Shown piece by piece: positions 13,066-25,810 of a stretch of 64,000 nt of DNA. Each line of letters begins with the position of its first letter. The stretch's first letter is position 1. The notes under the pieces are model-generated. The model saw only the letters and a program-made list of their open reading frames with translations. It was not told where the DNA came from and made no database searches. The stretch lies in assembly GCF_001194135.2 (NCBI RefSeq), contig NC_069005.1, positions 9,165,931 to 9,229,930 of the forward strand, read 5' to 3'. Source of the DNA: Octopus bimaculoides. Lineage: Eukaryota. A program made the position numbers and the translations under genes.

Positions 13066-13270
13066 ACAATGCATTAACATAATCATGGCTTTGGAAGTAT
13101 GGCTATAGATGAGGGCATTGACGGCTGCGTGATTAAGAAGCTTGCTTTGCAACCACTTGGTTTTGTGTTCAGTTCCACTCTGCAGTACCTTGAGCAACAT
13201 GAACTGAAGTGACTTGCTTAAGGACACAACTCACATCACCTGGTCCTGGAATCGAAAACACGACCTTATA

Positions 13271-13664
13271 CTCTTTTACTCTTTGACTTGTTTCAGTCAT
13301 TTGACTGTGGCCATGCTGGAGCACTGCATTTAGTCGAGCAAATCAACCCCAGGACTTATTCTTTGTAAGCCTACTACTTATTCTACCGGTTTGTATTGCC
13401 GAACCGCTAAGTTACGGGGACGTAAACACACCAGCATCGGTTGTCAAGCGATGTTGCAGGGGGACAAACACACATACATATGTATGTATATATACATACA
13501 TACGACGGGCTTCTTTCAGTTTCCGTCTACCAAATCCACTCACAAGGCTTTGGTCGGCCCAAGGCTTTAGTAGAAGACACTTGCCAAGGTGCCACGCAGT
13601 GGGACTGAACCTGGAACCATGTGGTTGGTAAGCAAGCTACTTACCACACAGCCACTCCTGCGCT
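13271..13664 (-). mobile_element. SINE A, full length
   Basis: Reverse complement of the complete family A element. Confidence 0.9.
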
Positions 13665-14686
13665 TATGGTCATAATCCCCAACATTCCTATCCCCTGGGC
13701 CTCCCACTTCGTTATCAAGACTACCACAGAACTAAATAACAACAACAGCAATGCTTGTGATTGTTGCTGTTATGCCTTGTTTGATGAAGCATGTTATCAG
13801 AGTTTACAAGATGCTCGGCAAATGCGAACTCATCACCTTAAACAAACAGCAAGATCGTTAGTATTCATTATGTTTTCCTGCTGTTTCACAATTGCATTTT
13901 AATTAATAATTCCATCGAATTAAGGTCTAAACTTTAGTGGCGAGTAGGGGAAGGGGGGAGATGGGAATTGGGTGGAATGGGGTGGAGGGTATAGGAGGTG
14001 AAGGGCGAGGAGGTAGTCGTTAGAGCAAATTAGTTCTTGACGACAGAACGCTTTGACCCTCGTCATCGCTAACGTCACTACTACTCCCATGATGACGATG
14101 ATGATGATGATGATGACCATCACCACCATCACCGCCACCAACCCCCCACCTCCACCACCCCACCAGCAACAAGAACAACATCTAGCATGGTTGTAATCAT
14201 CGCCATCACCTTCATTACCACCACCACCACCACCACCAATGATAACAACAATAGCACCTAATAAACTAACAACAGTACTGGAGTCATTGTGGCCAGCTGC
14301 AGCGCTTTCACCTTCATCAGACCAACATAGCTATCATCGTTATCATCATCACCATCAACAATATCAACACCATTATTACAGCCCCCATCAATGACATCAA
14401 CATCATCATCATCGTCATCATCATCGTTATCATCATCTGCAACAGTAGCACCAACATTATCATCATCATCATCATCATCACCAACACCCACAGCAATGAA
14501 ATCAACATCACCATCATCATCATCATTTTTTCATTACTAGCACCACCACCACCATCATCACCACAGTTGCCATCACTAATATCATCATCATCATCAATAA
14601 CACCATCAGTACTAATACATGTGTGTGTGTGCATGTGTCCTACCACAGTTATATCTCTTTCTGTATATATATATGTATATATATAT

Positions 14687-15095
14687 AATAGAGTTATTAA
14701 TATTTCTAAGTCTATCTAAAGGAGACTACGACAGCGGTACTGGAAATTAATAGTTATCGCCAAGGCAACATGGCAGTCCCAAAATTAGGACGAAAGCTGC
14801 CGTGAATTAGCTCCAAGAAGCCATCGCCTCTAGCTAGCTATGTGACACACGAACCTGTGTCCTTTATAACCTTCGAACAGGGGAGGTCAGCAGTGTCCCC
14901 CTGCTGGTTTGGCATCTGCAGACTAGTTTCAGGGTGTTGCCCCTTGTCAATGCAGAGCAGCCAAGCCCTAGCCAGGCGGCGCTGCTGACTGCCTGTTCGA
15001 AAGTTATTTATCTAATTTCAGTGGAATCTATCCACTGGTTTTCAGAAATAGAGTTATTAATATTTCTAAGTCTATCTAAAGGAGACTACGACAGC
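14687..15095. repeat. 360-bp unit with the start of a second direct copy, running into a gap
   Basis: 14687-14735 is identical to 15047-15095 (49 bp, offset 360); N-gap 15096-15817 follows. Confidence 0.7.
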
Positions 15096-16702
15096 NNNNN
15101 NNNNNNNNNNNNNNNNNNNNNNNNNNNNNNNNNNNNNNNNNNNNNNNNNNNNNNNNNNNNNNNNNNNNNNNNNNNNNNNNNNNNNNNNNNNNNNNNNNNN
15201 NNNNNNNNNNNNNNNNNNNNNNNNNNNNNNNNNNNNNNNNNNNNNNNNNNNNNNNNNNNNNNNNNNNNNNNNNNNNNNNNNNNNNNNNNNNNNNNNNNNN
15301 NNNNNNNNNNNNNNNNNNNNNNNNNNNNNNNNNNNNNNNNNNNNNNNNNNNNNNNNNNNNNNNNNNNNNNNNNNNNNNNNNNNNNNNNNNNNNNNNNNNN
15401 NNNNNNNNNNNNNNNNNNNNNNNNNNNNNNNNNNNNNNNNNNNNNNNNNNNNNNNNNNNNNNNNNNNNNNNNNNNNNNNNNNNNNNNNNNNNNNNNNNNN
15501 NNNNNNNNNNNNNNNNNNNNNNNNNNNNNNNNNNNNNNNNNNNNNNNNNNNNNNNNNNNNNNNNNNNNNNNNNNNNNNNNNNNNNNNNNNNNNNNNNNNN
15601 NNNNNNNNNNNNNNNNNNNNNNNNNNNNNNNNNNNNNNNNNNNNNNNNNNNNNNNNNNNNNNNNNNNNNNNNNNNNNNNNNNNNNNNNNNNNNNNNNNNN
15701 NNNNNNNNNNNNNNNNNNNNNNNNNNNNNNNNNNNNNNNNNNNNNNNNNNNNNNNNNNNNNNNNNNNNNNNNNNNNNNNNNNNNNNNNNNNNNNNNNNNN
15801 NNNNNNNNNNNNNNNNACACACACACACACACACACATATTATTCTTATCTCTTCTACTTCCTTTCTATGCTTCTCTCTTTCTATCTCCACCCCACTCTC
15901 TCTCTCCCTCTCTTTTTTTTTACCTTTCTCTCTCTCTCCTGCTGCGCCCTTAACATACCCCTTGCCCACCTCCATATCATTCCTACAAACCCCTTCTTCC
16001 GTTAAATGTGTTAAGTAGGGAAAGGGAATTTATCAATCAGAAAATTCTAACAATGGGAAAAAGGGCAAAAGGGGAAAAAAAATAAATTTAAAAAAAAATT
16101 AAATTTAAAAAAAAAAAAATCTAGTGTGTAGGAAAATCACTGGGCATCAGGGGCATTAGGGGGTAGTTTTGACATGGAGGGTGAGGAGGAAGGGGATGCT
16201 GGTACTGCTGTTGTTAACGATGGTGATGATGATGATGATGATGATGACAGTGATGATGAGGAAGAGGTTGGGGTTTTGATGAAGATCCTGTCAAGGCAGG
16301 TTCTGAATCCTTAATTGAAAGCTGATGTGTGTGTTGGGAACGTAGGGCTTGCTATAAAAATATTTAACAGATAATCCCTATGATTGTTTTAATCTTTCTC
16401 CTGTCAGTATTGATGGCATTTTTGACATTAGATTGATTCAGTCAGGCCCCAGAACAAGAAAAAAAAAAAACAAAGCTTATTAGCTCCCATCCTCCTTCTT
16501 CTCCTCCTCACGGCAACCACCTCTTGTAAAAATACTGAATGATGCACTTTGCATTCTGTGTTCAGATCCTGCTGCAGTCACTGTTACTTTGTGTCTCTTC
16601 CTGGGGTTGATACAGAAAACTCTAGCCCAGACCAGCAGTGGACTGGCTAAGCTGTTAGAAGAGCCAACCTGATGTCCTATTTCATCTGTCTTTACCAAAT
16701 TC

Positions 16703-16850
16703 CACTGAGGTCAACCTTGCCTTCCATCTTTCAGGGTTGATAAAATAAACATAAGGTGAGTCACTGGGGTCGATGTAGTTGACTCAGCCCCTTCCCCAAA
16801 ATTTCTGGCCTTGTGCCAAAGTTTGAAATCATTACTATTATTATTATTAT
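16703..16850 (+). mobile_element. SINE family D 3' part with (ATT)n tail
   Basis: gaggtcaaccttgccttccatctttcagggttgataaaataa...ggccttgtgccaaagtttgaaatc(att)n. Confidence 0.75.
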
Positions 16851-16855
16851 TATTG

Positions 16856-16984
16856 AGTGAGAGAGCAGTGCATGCCATCAAAGTGACACTGGTGTAAAAT
16901 ATACGAAACCCAATATACCCATCATGACTACCTGTCTGATAAGGGTACACCAGGCACATGCATCACAACCATATGTACGCGACA

Positions 16985-16985
<1 letters not shown>
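16856..16985. mobile_element. Family E fragment
   Basis: Matches 4856-4980; flanked by ATT arrays. Confidence 0.75.
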
Positions 16986-17015
<30 letters not shown>

Positions 17016-17020
<5 letters not shown>

Positions 17021-17250
17021 GTTGTTTTTTTTCTTCTTTCTTCAAATTTTCTTCCATTTCTCACTGAGTGTTTTCTGTACACCTAGGGCAGAGAAACTCA
17101 TTGTATGCATTCCCAGTTTACACATGCAAATTCACGGGTAAAATCTGTATTTAAAAAAAAAATTAATAAATAAATAAATTCATGAATGGATGTTATTTTC
17201 ACAGCGATAATGCTCTTCTCAGTACATGAGCACATAAGTCATTCCAGTTA
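17016..17250 (-). mobile_element. R4/Dong-type 3' end (fragment 3)
   Basis: Minus strand 17237-17199 translates LCAHVLRRALSL*, a variant of the TAHILRK motif; UTR ends in (TAA)n. Confidence 0.55.
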
Positions 17251-17255
17251 ACATG

Positions 17256-17295
<40 letters not shown>

Positions 17296-17301
17296 ATTAT
17301 T

Positions 17302-17679
17302 ATTTTATGTTTGACTTTTGTTTTGCATTTGTACAAGTTGGATCCAAGTCTCACCTAGAGAACTCAAGAGACAACAAGTTAGAAGTTCATGTAGGTGTTA
17401 AGCCTAGGGTACTATATATTTGGATTTGTACAGTTTTGTTCAAGTGAATGTTTAAGAAACCATAAGAAAATTATGTGTTTGCTTTAAAATTTGAGATCAC
17501 ATAGACAGTATTTTACGTAGCATATGGGCAGTTCCCATGAGCACTATCTTTTGAACTTCAGCCATTTTGGGGTTTCCTGGTATCTGAGCTAGGTAGTAAT
17601 CAGCCCGTTTCGCTGTCATTCTCAGGGCACCTATGACAATAGGTATTGTTTTCGTCTTCAGATTCCACATTTTGCTAAT
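17302..17679 (-). mobile_element. R4/Dong-type 3' end (fragment 4)
   Basis: 17679-17497 translates without stops: ISKMWNLKTKTIPIVIGALRMTAKRADYYLAQIPGNPKMAEVQKIVLMGTAHMLRKILSM*; ~195-nt 3' UTR; (TAA)n on both sides. Confidence 0.85.
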
Positions 17680-17691
17680 TTATTATTATTA

Positions 17692-17756
<65 letters not shown>

Positions 17757-17905
17757 TTGAATCAGAACCTTATTTCATCTGCTCTGACTTTACAGAAACA
17801 ATCTGGTCAAGACTGTTAAAACCTCTCTCTCTCTCTCATATTGCATCCATCTGACCATTCATCTCATAAATATCAGATCAAATAAAAAAGTTAGTGACTT
17901 TCAAT

Positions 17906-18229
17906 TAGGAGTTCTCAACCATTTTTAGCCTGTGGACCCCTTTTAATTACTATTTTATTCTGGTGGACTCCCATAGCCATTCGATGTTTGGAAACTAGGT
18001 TTATAGAATTTTCTTTCTGAATTCCTATTTTGTTTTTCACTTCTGTAGGTTGAACTCTGTAAAATGTCAGAGAAAGAAACCCAGCTGTTTCGTGCAATAT
18101 ATACTAATATATACATCTAAAGGAAAATCCTTTTCAGGGGCCCTTAAAATTCTATTGTGGATCCCCAGTTTGCTGTTCTGTTGTGTAGAGCTCCTCAAAT
18201 TGTAAATGGACCCTGTTTGAGAATCACTG
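17906..18229. mobile_element. hAT-like MITE
   Basis: Imperfect terminal inverted repeats taggagttctcaacc / gtttgagaatcactg with ggacccc subterminal motifs. Confidence 0.55.
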
Positions 18230-18319
18230 GTTTAGACAAATTTGTATGCCAGGGTGGCAGGGTGGTAGTAAGGAGCAAAGCAGAATTGGGCTTTTTTTGG
18301 TGGGGTGGGACTTATCATG

Positions 18320-18638
18320 TCATCATCATCATCATCATCACCATCATCGTTTAACGTCTGCTTTCCATGCTAGCATGGGTTGAACGATTTGACTGAGGAC
18401 TGGTGAACCAGATGGCTACACCAGGCTCCAATCTGATTTGGCAGAGTTTCTACAGATGGATGCCCTTCCTAATGCCAACCACTCCGAGAGTGTAGTGGGT
18501 GCTTTTATGTGCCACCGGCACAAAGGCCAGTCAGGCGGTACTGACAACGGCCACACTCAAAATGGTGTATTTTACGTGCCACCTGCACAGGAGCCAGTCC
18601 AGCGGCACTGGCAACGATCTCACTCGAATGTCTTTTCA
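18320..18638 (-). mobile_element. RTE-tail repeat (family B), cut by a gap
   Basis: Same sequence as 12795-13065; runs into N-gap 18639-19075. Confidence 0.85.
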
Positions 18639-19275
18639 NNNNNNNNNNNNNNNNNNNNNNNNNNNNNNNNNNNNNNNNNNNNNNNNNNNNNNNNNNNNNN
18701 NNNNNNNNNNNNNNNNNNNNNNNNNNNNNNNNNNNNNNNNNNNNNNNNNNNNNNNNNNNNNNNNNNNNNNNNNNNNNNNNNNNNNNNNNNNNNNNNNNNN
18801 NNNNNNNNNNNNNNNNNNNNNNNNNNNNNNNNNNNNNNNNNNNNNNNNNNNNNNNNNNNNNNNNNNNNNNNNNNNNNNNNNNNNNNNNNNNNNNNNNNNN
18901 NNNNNNNNNNNNNNNNNNNNNNNNNNNNNNNNNNNNNNNNNNNNNNNNNNNNNNNNNNNNNNNNNNNNNNNNNNNNNNNNNNNNNNNNNNNNNNNNNNNN
19001 NNNNNNNNNNNNNNNNNNNNNNNNNNNNNNNNNNNNNNNNNNNNNNNNNNNNNNNNNNNNNNNNNNNNNNNNNNNCAAATAAAAGCTTATCCAGGTAATC
19101 TTTAATCATACAGAGATGCTGCTGATTACAGGAAGTCAATTTCAATTTCACATATCATAGAACAGCTGTTGTGTGTGTGTAGATGTACAACAGTTTGTGT
19201 TTGTCTTGAGTGTGTTTGTGTGAAGGAATGCTCTGTGTGAGTGCAGATGTATTTTTCAAGTACTTAAAGAGATAT

Positions 19276-19322
<47 letters not shown>

Positions 19323-19567
19323 GATAGATAGATACACACATACACATGTGTATGTAAATATGTTTGTGTTTATGTACATACATAAATATATATATATATA
19401 CCTGTACACAAACTATCTATATATATGAGTGTATATATATAATGTGTTTATATATGTATATATAACAGATATATTAATTTATACACACACACTCACACAC
19501 ATGTATGTATATATATGTATATGTGTATGCTTTTCTGAATGAATATATATATGTGTGTGTGTGTATG

Positions 19568-19603
<36 letters not shown>

Positions 19604-19622
19604 TATATATAATATATATATG

Positions 19623-19689
<67 letters not shown>

Positions 19690-20017
19690 AAGGCATGACA
19701 TGTCATCAGATAATTTGGGCTCAGTAATCAGATCCACACACAATTTCTTTATTAAAACCAATCATCATATCATGGAATGGGCTAAATTGCTGGGTTGAAG
19801 CAATGTTATTTTGTAATAAGCAATACAGAAAGCGTAATTGGTATTTTTAAGCTTTGTAATATACACGTGTTTCTGTAGATCACAGTTATACATCTTCAGT
19901 ATTCCTGCAAAAATACAATATGATGTTTGTCGCTTTCCCTTGTGTATATAAATTATACATGTTAAATGTAAAGAAAGTAGTACACCAGACTAGCAGTAGA
20001 GGTGATAGTAGATGAGG

Positions 20018-20312
20018 TCATGGCACTCCGTTGGTTACGTCGATGAGGGTTCCAGTTGATCTGATCAACAGATCAGCCTGCTCGTGAAATTAACCGGCAA
20101 GTAGCTGAGCACTCCACAGACACGTGTACCCTTAATTTAGTCCTCAGAGAGATTCAGCATGACACAGAGTGTGACAAGGCTGGCCCCTTTGAATTACAGG
20201 TACAACAGAAACAGGAAGAAACAGTGAGAGAAAGTTGTGGCGAAAGAGTACAGCAGGGTTCACCACCACTCACTGCTGGTGCCTCATGGAGCTTTAGGTG
20301 TTTTCGCTCAAT
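20018..20312 (-). mobile_element. SINE C, lacking its tRNA head
   Basis: ggcactccgttggttacg...gagctttaggtgttttcgctcaat; abuts the mariner remnant. Confidence 0.85.
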
Positions 20313-20329
20313 ATATGGGAGCCTTTGGA

Positions 20330-20890
20330 ATGTCATCCTTGCTGCATGTGGCTGAGCATTATCCTGATGGAGGAACACCTTTCGTCTTTGAAACCAAAGA
20401 TGGTCGTTTTTCTTCTAGCGCTGACTGAAGCCACTCAAGCTGCTTGCAGTGGAACTCCTTTGTTATCGTTTGGTTAGGGTTTAAAAGTTCAAAGTGGACT
20501 AAACCTTTCATATCCCACCAAACAAATAACAACACCTTACATAGATGAAGACCTTCTTTAACCTGGGGTGCCAGTGTTTCTCCTTTCCATACCCACTGTC
20601 TTCAGTGCTTGACATTTTTATAGAGAACCCATTTCTTGTCACCAGTCAATATTCGGTCCAAAAACTGTTCATTCGTGAGACGTGACAGCAAAGAAGAGCA
20701 CACATTCACTCTATGCACGTGATTAGGCTCAGAAAGTTTGTGAGGCACACATTAACCCAATTTGTTGACTTTTTCGATGGCATGCAGGTGTCGATGAATG
20801 GTTGAATGACCAAATCCAAGCTTCTCCGCTAGTTCCTCAACAGTTATAATGGGATTTCTCTCCACCAGGATTTGCAGGACATTCCAGTGG
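20330..20890 (-). pseudogene. Decayed mariner (Tc1/mariner) transposase
   Basis: Minus strand gives EQFLDRILTGDKKWVLYKN (TGDEKW motif) and FLHQDNAQPHAAR (HDNARPH motif), with stops and frameshifts. Confidence 0.85.
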
Positions 20891-20895
20891 AACTC

Positions 20896-21143
20896 TGTTT
20901 GTTTCTGCATTTTGTTTGGCATTCACTCACCTGATTCTGATAATCTACCATGTGTCCTTGCGGATGTATGTGTTTTGTATGTGTGCATGTTTGTATATGT
21001 TACTGCGATTGAGTGAATGTGTGTATGCATGTGTGTGTGTGTGTGTGTGTGTGTACGTTTGAATGTGTGGACATGAGTGTGTAGGTTTGCAAGAAACTCC
21101 GTATGTATGTGTGTTTGTGTAAGTATACGTACGAGTCTCTGCA
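20896..21143. repeat. 248-bp exact direct duplication, copy 1
   Basis: Identical by eye to 22856-23103 (offset 1960). Confidence 0.9.
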
Positions 21144-21386
21144 CTTCTAGGCTGTAGTTTTTGGCTTGGAATTTCTGGAACCACTATTGACACTGGCTTA
21201 TGCTTATTGTCCGATCTCCACATACTGCATTAATATTCTGTTGCATCATTGCTTTTATTGAACTCATAGAACAAAATATACCGAATATGCTCGTTTGTTA
21301 CTTTCATTATAGCTTGGAAAAAATAACTTATAACTTTACCTTGTACTTATTTTTAGTGCAAGTTTTGATGAGAGCAGTTCGATTTT

Positions 21387-21434
21387 AAGTTAGCTGAAGG
21401 GAAAGGTAGACAGCGAGAGATGGACAGAAGTATT

Positions 21435-21499
<65 letters not shown>

Positions 21500-21582
21500 A
21501 TATATACGTTGTTGATCTAAAGTTGTTGATCTAAAGTTTTCCCCATTTTCTGACAATTTAAATTACACACACACATATATAT

Positions 21583-21637
<55 letters not shown>

Positions 21638-21685
21638 AATACTTCTGTCCATCTCTCGCTGTCTACCTTTCCCTTCAGCTAACTT
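21387..21685. repeat. Inverted duplication (hairpin), arms ~120 and ~110 bp
   Basis: 21387-21506 is the reverse complement of 21576-21685, differing only in TG/CA repeat number. Confidence 0.9.
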
Positions 21686-21974
21686 TTTAACCACTTAATA
21701 AGTATTCCTTCCGCATTCCACTGCCTGTCGTTAACACTTCCCTCTCCCCCTTCTTCTGTCATTGTCTTTTTCTCTCATTCTTCACCTCTACCTTCAGCTG
21801 ACCACATGACCATTTAGCCGAGGTGTATTAATATTAATCACCTTTCTCTACTTCTTCCCCTCTTCTTTCTCCACTCCTCTCTCTCACTCTCACTCTTACT
21901 CCACCTCTCACTCAGTCCACCTCTCTAACTAACTAACATAATGACAGGTGAACAAACAAGCAGACTATTAACTA

Positions 21975-22130
21975 GGGTATCTCATAGCTTTGAGATTTTG
22001 ATGACGTGATTGTTTAACTTAAGAATGGAATTGCAGAGTAGAAATGAAAAACTAGAATTGGATGCTTTGAATATAAAACTGGTAGATTATTTGGGTCTGT
22101 TGTGGCTGGTTTAAATGCTAAAGGGTTTAC
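21975..22130 (-). mobile_element. piggyBac-like MITE fragment
   Basis: Reverse-complement similarity to 52522-52748, including the aatgctaaagggtt terminus. Confidence 0.6.
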
Positions 22131-22269
22131 CACTCACAACATGGAATAAAGCCATCTCTCTCAACACCACCCTCAGTTGAAGGATATAATCTTGTGTATT
22201 ACTTGGTGACCTAATTAGTGTTAAAAAAAGGGTGAAGGCCACCTTTGGTCATAAAGGACTATGGAATTG

Positions 22270-22545
22270 CACCTAGAAAGGTTGTTTATGGAAGACCAGC
22301 AGCAGTCGCCCATGCATGCCAGCCTCCTCTCTCCATGCCACCAGTGTTTTCCAAGGGAAAGGCAAAGGCTGATACAGCTTGGCACCAGTGACATCACAAC
22401 TCATTTTTACAGCAGAGTGAACTGGAGCAATGTGAAATAAAGTGTCTTGCTCAAGAACACAACGCACAGCCCGGTCCGGGAATCGAACTCACTATCCCGT
22501 GACTCTGAGCCTGATGCTCTAACCACTGAACCATGGACCCTCACT
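22270..22545 (-). mobile_element. tRNA-derived SINE family F
   Basis: Minus strand: tggttcagtggttagagc (A box)...gagttcgattcc (B box)...cttgagcaagacacttt. Confidence 0.8.
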
Positions 22546-22855
22546 GTTCCTTGGAGGGGAACTTTCTAGGTGCAATCCTGCAGTCATCCATTGCTGGTTC
22601 CACGATAAAAGCATTTAGTACACTCTGTAGAGTTGTTGGCGTCAGGAAGAGCATCCAGGGATAGAAACCGTGCCAAAGCAGATACTAAGCTTAGCACAGT
22701 CCCCTGGCTCACCAGTTCCTCTTTGAACTGTCCAACCCATGCTGGCATGGAAAAACAGACGTTAAATGATACCAATAATGATGACCATCATATGATGACT
22801 TTCTCCACCCTCCAGGGACGTAACTAAATACCACAATACACATAATCTATTTTTT

Positions 22856-23103
22856 TGTTTGTTTCTGCATTTTGTTTGGCATTCACTCACCTGATTCTGA
22901 TAATCTACCATGTGTCCTTGCGGATGTATGTGTTTTGTATGTGTGCATGTTTGTATATGTTACTGCGATTGAGTGAATGTGTGTATGCATGTGTGTGTGT
23001 GTGTGTGTGTGTGTACGTTTGAATGTGTGGACATGAGTGTGTAGGTTTGCAAGAAACTCCGTATGTATGTGTGTTTGTGTAAGTATACGTACGAGTCTCT
23101 GCA
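22856..23103. repeat. 248-bp exact direct duplication, copy 2
   Basis: Identical to 20896-21143; its downstream flank continues the TG-rich tract naturally. Confidence 0.9.
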
Positions 23104-23751
23104 TGTGTGAATGTCTGCGTGACTCTTTGTACGTGTGCATGTATGTTTGTGTGTATGTGTAGAAACATGTGCATTTGTTGTGGAAGTATGTACATCTCTG
23201 TGTATGCGTGTGTGCGTGTGCATAGATACAATGTAAATAACAAGACACTAAGAGTTAGAAGTTTGAGGAGGTGGTGCAATAGAAGCGGGAATTCATCGCC
23301 ATGGAAACAAATGTAAAAAAAAAAATAATACTTGTGCAAAGATACATTGTACAATCATCATCATTCATTCTATTCCACTCCAGCCCTGCTCCAACCCCAC
23401 TCCAGTTCCACTCCCACTCTCATTCATTTGTTTCATATCTCCATTTCTCTGACCAGAACCAATCAGTTCCATACTTGAGTCCAGTTTTATCTTTACTACA
23501 ATGTCTCTGTTTGTTATGACATATTTTCACACACACACACACAATTATATGTGTATATATAATGCATGTGTATATAGATAGATATGTGTGTGTATCCATA
23601 TATATACACATATATACATATATATACACATATTTATATGTATACAGATAAATATATCCATATATATATATATATATATGTAATATATATGATATATGTA
23701 TATATAATATATATGATATACATATCGTATTCATGATATAAATATATATAT

Positions 23752-23819
<68 letters not shown>

Positions 23820-25243
23820 TAGATAGATAGACAGATAGATGTATATCATAATAATATATATATGTATACATACAGATATTCATTATCAACAATATAGTCA
23901 TCATCTATTATTTTCGTCATCCGTGATTATGATGATGATGAAGATACACGATGTGAATGAAAGTTATGATGATGGTGATGATGAAGATGATGATGATTGC
24001 AATGGCAGCAGTGTCAGTGTTAAAGGCAAAGCTTCATTTCGATGAAGGCAACATGACAGCGTTGCAGAAGGTGGCAGCAGCGTTTGAGTCAAAGATGACA
24101 TTGATGACGACGGTGTTTATGAAGAGGGACGATGTCAATGACGGCAACGATGACATCGTACCAACAACAACAACAACACCATCGATATGATTGACGACGG
24201 TGACACCGACGGTGATGACTACAACATCAACAGCAATGATAATGATTATGATGATGATGATGATGACAATCATAAGGATTACACTGATGACTGCTTCCCC
24301 TGTAACTTTGATCTGCGTTTGATGTAATTTAGATCCCATCTAAAACACATATCTCCCACTCACCCCTGTTTCTCCGATGGAGTTAATTTTTAAAAAATTT
24401 ATTTATGTTTTTTGTTTTTGATTCTTTGTAGCATTCCCCCCGCCCCGACACACACACTTCTCATCCTATTCTAATCCCTTAATTTTTTTTTTTATTTTAC
24501 TTAAATATTCATTTATTTAGTTAGTTTAATTTTGCATCTTTCATTGGAATTTGCTTCACATTCGAAAAAAAAAAAAAAAAAAAAGGTAAAGATTAATAGA
24601 TTATTTGTTTCCTTTTTCCTTGTTATCGCTGATTGATCTTTAAAAACTTTCGGAGTTGATATTGCAGTTTCTTTTTTTACTTTCAACATTGCTGCATTTT
24701 CTGTTTAACACCAGCTACGACAACAATAAGCATATCGTGGCATTGACAAGGAGAGAACCTGGCATGTTAAATCAATGAGAAAGGGTACTCCAGTATGGTC
24801 CCTTGTGGTCTGTTAGAAAAATATCAATGGCACTGTCTTTACGTATCATCTCACCTTCATAAATATCTGACCAAGTCTACATTAAATATATATTCCTTGT
24901 CTTTTACTTGAAGTGTTTTTGTTGAATAATTCCACACTGGGTCTTGTTTTTCTGAGCCTAGTACTTATTCTATCGGTCTCTTTGGTCGAATCACTAAGTT
25001 ATGGGGGATATGAACACACCAACACTGATTGTCAAGCGGTGATGGGGGCGGGGTGGGGACAAACATGGACACAAAAAAAAATACACACAGACACAGACAC
25101 ACACACACACACACATATACAATGGGCTTCTCTCAGTTTCTGTCTAGCACATCCATTCCCAAATCTTTGGTTGGCCTGATACTATAGTTGAAGACACTTG
25201 CCCAGGTTGGGGCAAGATTTTTCTCACACAACTACACCTGTGC

Positions 25244-25335
<92 letters not shown>

Positions 25336-25498
25336 GTGTGTATATATATATATATATGTATATATATATGTATAAGAATATACACATACATCAGGCTCCT
25401 TTCAGTTTCCATCTATCAAATCCACTCACAAAGCTTTGATTGGCTCGGGGCTATAGTAGAAGACACTTACTCAAGTATCACACAGCCATGCCTTCACC

Positions 25499-25543
<45 letters not shown>

Positions 25544-25582
25544 CCACATAGTTAGATTAATTGATAAACGGATAGATATACT

Positions 25583-25634
<52 letters not shown>

Positions 25635-25810
25635 TATATATACATATATATATTTAGATATGCAGGGCAGGGAATGCTATTTCTGAATTCTCAGTATGTT
25701 GGAGAAGCAGGTTACTGTCAATCCCTATATATTTATGATATATATATTTAGATATAGACTGATAGACTGTTACTATATACATGTATATACACACACATAT
25801 GCACAGAATA

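Noticed and set aside
14770-14805. GUCC/GGAC-GAAA resembling hammerhead stem II, and GGCAACAU...GUGAAU resembling the 3' half of an HDV ribozyme
   Set aside because: No CUGANGA upstream of the stem, and I could not place P1/P3 or the catalytic C for an HDV fold.
16565-16675. Plus-strand acceptor followed by a signal-peptide-like frame (AAVTVTLCLFLGLIQKTLAQ...)
   Set aside because: Short, ends in a stop, no homology recognised; chance occurrence in 64 kb is likely.
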